NCBI GenBank assembly: GCA_038087875.1 | Contig: CM075990.1 | Location: forward strand, 7,132,001-7,192,000 | Direction: 5' to 3' | Length of the DNA stretch: 60,000 nucleotides | Origin: Malacoraja senta | Lineage: Eukaryota | Part shown: positions 52,410 through 60,000 of the stretch, piece after piece | Layout of the letters: each line of letters begins with the position of its first letter | How positions within the stretch are numbered: position 1 is the stretch's first letter | Notes under the pieces: generated by a model | Told to the model about the DNA's origin: nothing | Databases searched by the model: none | What the model saw: the letters and a program-made list of their open reading frames with translations, nothing else | Translations under genes and position numbers: made by a program

Positions 52410-52650
52410 TGCAGGTCTGATGCTGGACGATCCGCGGAGAGTGTTTCGGCTCCCAAAACCCTCTCCGTCACCTACAAAGTCTCCACCAAGAGAGTGATGA
52501 AACCCCTTTCAGTTTTCGTGGAACAATGGACCTGCAACAACACTCAGGAAGGTCAATACCAGCCACTGCAACAATATCAACGATGCAACTCCAGAGCATC
52601 CTGCCTACAGATGCATTGTTGCCTTGCAGCGCCTAATCATGGCTACAGCC
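52410..52650 (+). mobile_element. Very old LINE RT C-terminal remnant
   Basis: PKTLSVTYKVSTKRVMK resembles the LSTIYKAQVRSVMEY motif of old CR1/L2-group LINEs. Confidence 0.4.
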
Positions 52651-52919
52651 CCGTGTCCTAAATCAGAAAACCTCTGCCAGACCAAGGACCTCGAGTGACG
52701 CAAATTGCAGTTGAAGTGGAGTACTTGTTGACCAGAATAATATGAACGTGTTTGAGAGAACACATACACCACATGGAACCTATAATCTAATGCTGCTCAA
52801 TATTATTGATGGAGCTGAAAGAACAGAACAAATCTGATTCTGAGAGAAGGGATGGTACCATCCAAATGTCCAACATCCCGTTCAGTTCAGTTCAGTTTAT
52901 TGTCACGTGTACCGTGTTT

Positions 52920-53175
52920 AGATTAGTTTAGAGATACAGCACGGAAGCAGGTCCTTTGGCCCACTGAGTCCGCACTGACCAGCGATCCCCACACATTAAC
53001 ACTATCCTACACACACTAGGGACAGTTTACATGTATACCAAGCCAATTAACCTACAAACCTGTACATCTTTGGAGTGTGGGAGGAAACCGATGATCTCGG
53101 AGAAAACCCACACAGGTCATGGGGAGAACGTACAAACTCCGTACAGACAGCACCAAGAGTTAGGATTGAATCCAG
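52920..53175 (-). mobile_element. V-SINE
   Basis: Reverse-complement tail and V-domain. Confidence 0.8.
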
Positions 53176-53299
53176 GTGGACTCATTAGTTCGTAAGACAA
53201 TTGACAATAGGCAATAGGTGCAGGAGTAGGCCATTCGGCCTTTCGAGCCAGCCGATTTCGACCATTCAATGTGATCATGGCTGATCATCCCCAATCAGT

Positions 53300-53450
53300 A
53301 CCCAAGCGGAATATGAGGTGCTGTTCCTCCAGTTTGCGTCTGGCCTCACTCTGGCAGTGGAGGGGGCCCAGGACAGAAAGTCCAGTGTGGGAATGGGAAG
53401 TGGAGTTAACAACCGGGAGATCCAGTCGGCCCTGGCTAACCGAGCACTGT
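53300..53450 (-). mobile_element. Penelope-like GIY-YIG C-terminal fragment
   Basis: Minus HSHTGLSVLGPLHCQSEARRKLEEQHLIFRLG. Confidence 0.8.
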
Positions 53451-54597
53451 GCAACTTCATGTTTTAGCTGAGTTAAGCATCCAGAGATGATATCTGTGGC
53501 TGTAACACACACAAACAAGGCGAGTAATGGGATAAGTCTGCTTTTCCTATTTGCGTTTCCCTCCGGAAAAGTAGTGGCCCTTCGAGCTAAAATTCCTTCA
53601 GGTAGATGGTTCAGTTAGCTGATCAATCTTAATCTTTAAATGGTTTTACGGTACTTTATTGTCAGATGTACCTAAATACAGTGAACATCTCTGTTGGCAT
53701 ATACGGTAGTTGAGTGACCATCCTATACGTTAGCATGATCATACTTTGTATAAAAGTGTAGGATCGTACACGACACCGAGTCAGTACACAAGAGTTGCCA
53801 TGTTTCATGCACCAACTTGTACCCTTCAAGTCTGAAATTTAAAACAATGTTAAGAGCCTTAACTTGGCCATAAAGACACCATTGTTCTGGTGGCGGCACT
53901 GGGTCAGCGTTGGGGAGGGGGTTGTCCTAGCCTGCCAATGTGTCGATGTCCTCCACCGCTGCTCCATCGCTCCGTGCCAGTGCAAGCCGTGTACTTTCCG
54001 TGCTCCTGGTCACTTGGAGCAGGGCCTGATCTAACAGAGCCCCAGGCTGCTGCAGGGCCTCCAGCAGATATCTTTGTTGTTACGTTCATGGTTCATTTTT
54101 CTCCCCCATAACTTAATGGTCCAGATTTTATGGCGACATGAAAGGAGTCTACACGATGCACTCCATTGACCAGCAAAGAAGAGGCACTCCTGAATTGCAC
54201 ATTAACAGATGTTGTCGGTCCATTTGTGTGTCTGAGCTTTTGGCTGCCTCGATGAGGCATCTTGTCATTATCCTTCCTTGATTCTCACAAAGCTGCTGCA
54301 TTCTATTTGTAGAGTTATCGACATACATGCATTAATATAGGTATGTATTCACACATTAATGGACCATAAAACCCCTCACTAAAAGTTAAGGCCAGTGATT
54401 AAGCATGGCCAGTGTTCTTTCAGCAATGTGACCATGGTTAATGATTGGCAAATTGCTTCTCCTCTCTCGAAAATGAACAAGAATGAGCCTGGAGTCTCAT
54501 TCCTTCAGATGGTGACTTTTACCCCAGGTGATATCAGACAAGGGCATATTTTAAATAAACTTTTCTTTCTACATTCTCTTTGATACAATAATATGTT

Positions 54598-54906
54598 TCG
54601 TTTAGTTTAGAGATACAGCATGGAATCAGACCCTTTGCCCACTGATTCCACGCTGACCATAAATCACCTGCTCACACTAGTTCTATGTTCATCCATTCCA
54701 TACACACTATGAGCTATTTACAGAGGCCAAATTAACCTACAAACGCGCATGCCTTCGGGATGTGGGAGGAAACCAGAGGACCCGAGGAAATCTGCTCAGA
54801 CACAGGGAGAACATGCAAACTCCACATAGACAGCATTGTGGTCAGGATCTAATCTGGGTTTCTGCCACCGTGAGGCAGCAGCTTTAACAGCTGCGCCTCT
54901 GTGCCA
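54598..54906 (-). mobile_element. V-SINE (decayed)
   Basis: Reverse-complement SINE. Confidence 0.75.
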
Positions 54907-54989
54907 AGTTCTTTCCATTACAATCCAATATGGTTCAATCTACTCTGGTCCCAGTTCTGGTGTGCTTTCCCCAATCATTTCTGCTTCGA

Positions 54990-55150
54990 TCTCTTCTTTT
55001 AAGTCACTCCTTAAAACCTTCCTTACTGATAGTATGTGTCTTTGTTTCTCTTTCGGGCTCATGTCAGATTTTGCCTCGACTAATGTACCTTTAAACTGCC
55101 CTGGAATATTTTACAACATTAAGGGAGCTAGATAAATGAAGGCTGTAATT
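54990..55150 (+). mobile_element. L2-type LINE 3' tail (decayed)
   Basis: tttaagtcactccttaaaacc...ttttacaacattaagggagctagataaatgaa. Confidence 0.55.
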
Positions 55151-55661
55151 GTAATTGATGTCTATTTGTAAGTGGACCAAGTGCCTGTGAACAGCAGGTT
55201 ATGCATTGCGTTTGAGATACACCTGAGTATTCTTTTCACCGTTGCTGTCTGCATTGTGAGCAGGGATTTCCACAGCCTGATTAATGTGTCTGTTGTTGCC
55301 AGATAAAGAACACTAACTACAGTAATGCTTTTGCTTATAAACCCGTCTTCTGGACAAAATCTAGGGTGGATGCAGGTTACACATCGCTGTTGAAAAAAAG
55401 AAAGCAAAAGGCATGGTTATTTATCAGTACAGTCTGCTAGTCTCTTGCTGTGCCAAAAAACTACTGCATTTTCTTACATTACAGCTGTGGCTGCACAAGA
55501 ATTCAGCAAATGCTAGCAAAAACAGGAAGTGCCGGGAGAATCCAGCATCTGCAGTCTCTTTTGTACAGGTACAGCGTGGAAACAGGCCCTTCAGCCCACC
55601 GCCCAGCGATCCCTGCACATTAACACTACCCTACACACACTGGGGACAATTTACACTTATA

Positions 55662-56166
55662 CCAATTGGCGAGTTTAGAAGAGTTTAGGAGAGTTTGGAA
55701 AAATGTCATGTAGAAGACCTCCTTCGACTATGTTGAAGACTAGCTACGACTAGCTACGACTAACTTCGGGAAAATTGGACACAGAATAGTGGAGAGTGAC
55801 GACGACCTCCTTTGATCTCCTTCGACCTCCCTTTGACTACCTTCGACTGCTTTCGATTACCTTTGACTACCCTCGATTACCTACGAATAACATGCCGACC
55901 TACCACGACCTACTTCGACTAAACCTACGAGTAAAAATAGTATCGATTTTTTTCATGGCGACCTTTTTTTACTGGCGGGAATTTTTCAACATGTTGAAAA
56001 ATGTGCCGCAACCTAGGTGAGGCTTCGAGTACACGGGGACTACTCTCGGGCATGAAGGAGAGTTACGAAGACCTCCTAGGACCTCGTGTCGACCATGCTG
56101 CGAGTATGAGACGAGGGCAAACTTGCCAGAACTCGCGGATTAGGTCGCCACAGTGGGACAGTCGCT
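55662..56166. mobile_element. PIF/Harbinger-type MITE (~500 bp, left end eroded)
   Basis: Right end gtgggacagtcgct|TAA; internal cgac/ttcgac repeats and the ttttcaacatgttgaaaa palindrome shared with the other MITEs. Confidence 0.7.
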
Positions 56167-56245
56167 TAACTTTTACACACAAAGGGTGGCGGGTGTATGG
56201 AACAAGCAGCCAGAGGAGGTAGTTGAGGCAGGGACTAGCCCAACG

Positions 56246-56958
56246 TTCAAGTTCAAGTTCACATTTATTGCCACATGCACCAATTAAGGTACATTGATAT
56301 TTGAGTTACCATACAGCCATACAAGTAAAAAGAACACAATACACAATTATTTTAACATAAACATCCACAGTGGAATCAACATTCCTCACTGTGATGGAAG
56401 GCAATAAAGTTCAGTCATCTTACTCTTTGTTCACCATGGTGGTCGGGGCCTTGAACCCTCAGCACTGCCTCTGCCGACAGCCCGATGTTAAAGCCCTCTC
56501 GTCGGAATGATGGAGACTCCAGCGTCGGGACGGATCGGAAACACTCCGCGGCATGGAGCTCCCGAGTCGGCTTCTTCTTACCGGAGACCGCGGGCTTCAC
56601 GGTGTTAAAATCCACAGGCCCCGTGGTCGGAGCACTTCTTCTGGCGATCATCGGCAAAGGATCCCAGGCTCCGCGATGATAGGTCCACACCATGCTTGCG
56701 GCTTGAAGCTCCAGGCCGGTCTCCAAGAAAGGCCGCACCAATCCAGTTGTTCGGCCGCGGGGAGGAGACGGAGACGTGACACGGAGAAAGATCACATCTC
56801 CATCGAGGTAAGTGATTGAAAACGTTTTCCCCCTATTCTCCCCCCTCACCCCCCCCCCCCACATAAAAACATACCGAGAAACATTAAAACATACATTTTA
56901 GACACACTAAAAATAACAAAAAAGTCAAAATAATACAAGCTGCCATCTCGGCGCCACC
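56246..56958 (-). mobile_element. Non-autonomous LINE derivative related to 147-912
   Basis: (ttcaag)n tail + tttattg; shared leader blocks (catctc..tcgagg.aag, aaaacataca, gctgccat..ggcgccacc). Confidence 0.6.
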
Positions 56959-56982
56959 GATGTTGTATTTAAGAAGCAGTTA

Positions 56983-57430
56983 AAGGCCTGTCTCACGAGA
57001 CTGCGGTCATTGGCGGTGATACAGGAAGTATCTACCGCTCGTGGACCGTCAGAGACCGCGGGTTCGGTCAAACGCCCACCGCCGAGGTCGTGCAGCGTTG
57101 GTCCCAACACCGCACGGTGCTCACAAAAAGTCAGCACTGTTGAAAAATAATTTCTTACCGCACAGCCGCCGCCAGTGAGGCACGGTCACCTCCACAGCCT
57201 CCGCCAGTGAGGCACAGTCACCGCAACAGCCGCCGCCAGTGCGGCACCTGTGCGGCACGGGCGCCGCGATCAGCACTACCGCCGCAACAGCCCCGCTTGC
57301 TTATTTCCTATAACACCGCAAGCTCGTGGGACCGGCCGTACTTGGCGCTCTCGGGGTTGACGTGCGGTCCCCTCTTCCAGCGACACCGCGCTTCACCGCC
57401 AATGACCACAACACCGTGAGACAGAGCCAG
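56983..57430. mobile_element. GC-rich PIF/Harbinger-type MITE
   Basis: aaggcctgtctcacg / cgtgagacagagccag; TTA TSD at 56980-56982 and 57431-57433. Confidence 0.75.
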
Positions 57431-58884
57431 TTAGACAGACACATGGATAGGACAGGTTTGGAGGGATATGGACCAAATGCTGGCAGGTGGGACTAGTGTA
57501 GCTAGGACATGTTGGCCAGTGTGGGCAAGTTGGGCCAAAGGGCCTGTTTCCACACTGTATCGGTCTATGACTCTATTTGACACAAAAGACAAAGTGCTGG
57601 AGGAACTCACGCAGTTGGGCAGCATCTGTGGAGAGAAAGGACAGATGGCCTTTTGGGTGGAATCGTCGTCTCTCCACTCCCTCCACGGATGCTGCCTAAC
57701 CAGCTGAGTACCTCCAGCACTGTAATTTTACTCAAAATTTCAGCATCTGCAGTTCCATGTGCCTCACGGATCAGAAATGATGACTGTTTTATTTTACCAC
57801 AGACTCTGTTAAACATGCTAACTTCTTCCAGCTTATTGTGATTTTAGTTTCAGATTCCAACATCTGCAGTTTTACTCGTTTTCAATTTTCTACTGGACCT
57901 GTAAAGCATGTCAGGGTACAAATGTAACCTAAATAGACAATAGACAATAGGTGCAGGAGAAGGCCATTTGGTCCTTCGAGCCAGCACCGCCATTCAATGT
58001 GATCATGGTTGATCATCCCAAATCAGTACCCTGTTAAATGCAAAATAAAATAAAATGTATGTCAATCATGACTAAGTAAATGGCCCTTACTCAGGTCAAA
58101 ACAGTGTATATCTCTTAACATAGGCAGGCAGTCCTGTGCCTACTCCAGTCGAAGAATGAAGATAGTCCCCCTACACATGAGAGAACAATGGAGTCTGCAA
58201 CATTTTATCTCTCACCAAAAATCAATCACTCAGGGAACAATCTGCTGAACCGAATAAAGCCTTTTGGTGGTGGTGAGTCAGCTACTTGTAATTGCAACTG
58301 TGAACAACATTTTAAAAATTCAATCTTGTTTCTACTTTGATTTCAAACATCACCTGAACACAACCCCCCCCCGCCCCCCCCCCCCCAACCCCCACACAAA
58401 ATCTCCAATGACCTCAGCAGGAACAAAATTGGCTGCCGAAAGACGACTGGAGTCTCCAGGAGTTTCTGCGTCACTGGCCCTGGCAACTATGGTTGATTTC
58501 TTTCAGAAAAAGCCTTCAGAAGCTAAAAGGACAGCTCTTTCAAAGCGTGCGACCGGGCTCAGAGTAACGTGCCCTCCTACAGATTAAATCTCTCCTGGTT
58601 TAGATCTTCGTGGGATATAAAGGCAAGCATAACAGATTGCGAGTATTGTGTTACCCTCGGGAATGACAAATGCCTTTTACATTTTACAGTTTGGCTCCAA
58701 CTGTTAACGTGACACAAATTTATTCATGCTACGAATGTAATACGGTGGACTTTCCCTCCCCCTTTACTTTCGAGCTCCCATGTCAGAAACTCCACACGTC
58801 AGCACAAACCTTCCCATTTCCCCACCTCCTGCCCCACCCATAGTCAAAGCCCACAAAGTGTAGGATAAACTGAAGGAGTATTAA

Positions 58885-59073
58885 AGGGCCTGTCCCAATT
58901 ACGCGACGTGTCACGGGGTGACGCCTGTTTGGTCATGAGTAGTCGCCCAAAGTGTCGTACCTTTTTCTGGTCGCCTCTGGATTTTAAACATTTTGAAAAT
59001 TTTCGGTGACCTGCTGCGACTATGACGGGTGCCGGCAAGTCGCCCAAAAAATTGCCTAAGTGGGATAGGCCCT
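58885..59073. mobile_element. PIF/Harbinger-type MITE
   Basis: agggcctgtcccaatt / aagtgggataggccct; TAA TSD. Confidence 0.85.
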
Positions 59074-59669
59074 TAATGCACCAGTCTAAGGGGGCAGGAC
59101 GTCCAATTCTACACTTCTTCCTGGTGGTGTCAATAGCCCAAATGTCAATTCAGTGTCCCATTAAAACATCAAAAATTGCTCCTTTCCCTTCCCATTCCCA
59201 TGACAACAGGTTTCATTTCCAAAAGGTTTCCCTGGATTCCAAGTGTCCGTAAGATACTCTGAACTTCAGGGAATGGGATATGCTCCAATCCAACACTCCA
59301 CTTAGTCTGAAGAAGGGTCCCGACCCGAAATGTCACCCATTTCTTCTCTCCAGAGATGCTGCCTGTCCCGCTGAGTTATTCTGAAGGTCTAGAGATGGCA
59401 TAAGTTCTGACATCCAACTCAACTGAAATACAAGAAGAAAATGCTGGCAACCCTCAGCAGGTAAGGCACCAAATATGGACATGAAAGCCAGCTGCCCCCA
59501 ACCATTGACTCCATCTACACCATGCTGCCCTGGCCAGCATAATAAAAGGAGCATTCATAGCCCAATAATTCTCTATTTTCCCTTCTCACCTTGTGCAGAA
59601 AATACAAAGACTTTGAGTCATGGAGAACGGAAACATGTCCTTTGGTCTAACTTTCCAACGCCGACCAAG

Positions 59670-59972
59670 ATTAGTTTAGTTTAGTTTAGAGATACAGCAT
59701 GGAAACAGGCCCTTCGGCCCACCGAGTCTGCACCCACCAGCGATCCCCGCACATGAGCACTATCCTACACACACTAGGGACAATTTACAATTTTACCAAG
59801 CCAATTAACCGACAAACCTGTACTACTCTGGAGTGTGGGAGGAAACCCAAGATCTCGGAGGAAACCTACACAGGTCATGGGGAAAATGTACAGGAACTCC
59901 GTACAGACAGTACCCATGGTCAGAATTAACCCGGATCTCTGGTGCTGTAAGGCAGCAACTCCACCACTGCCC
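59670..59972 (-). mobile_element. V-SINE
   Basis: (tttag)n tail, V-domain, head. Confidence 0.85.
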
Positions 59973-60000
59973 AATCTACATGCTCCATCTACACCAGGTC

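Larger units (their letters stand above)
56168..57577 (+). mobile_element. CR1 3' fragment split by two insertions
   Basis: ...tggaacaagcagccagaggagg...caacgtt [insert] tttaagaagcagtta [insert] gacagacacatggatagg...ctgtatcggtctatgactcta. Confidence 0.8.

Noticed and set aside
55730..55930. Short repeated cgac/ttcgac motifs that could suggest a CRISPR-like array
   Set aside because: No constant repeat with unique spacers; it is the interior of a MITE in eukaryotic DNA

Overview
Repeat-dense vertebrate non-coding DNA, most likely from an elasmobranch (skate, ray or shark). This is inferred from abundant HE1-type V-SINEs with CR1-like tails. I recognise no host protein-coding gene, rRNA, tRNA gene or CRISPR array. 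Nearly all listed ORFs are transposon debris or microsatellite translations. The window contains many V-SINEs, CR1 LINE 3' fragments, Rex1/Babar-like LINE fragments, one 5'-truncated L1 with polyA and a 13-bp TSD, an internally deleted Tc1 (IR-DR) transposon, about 9 PIF/Harbinger-type MITEs (TAA/TTA TSD), two TA-target MITEs, one 8-bp-TSD MITE, long microsatellites and a 200-N gap. The most striking signal is a very frequent 130-200-bp repeat that is the 3' end of a Penelope-like (GIY-YIG) retroelement. It carries a minimal hammerhead-ribozyme motif (CTGAnGA-A-stem II-GAAAC-GTH) in two structure-compatible subfamilies. Many copies are fold-back hairpins, and several have 10-16-bp target duplications. 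Boundaries of decayed repeats are approximate.
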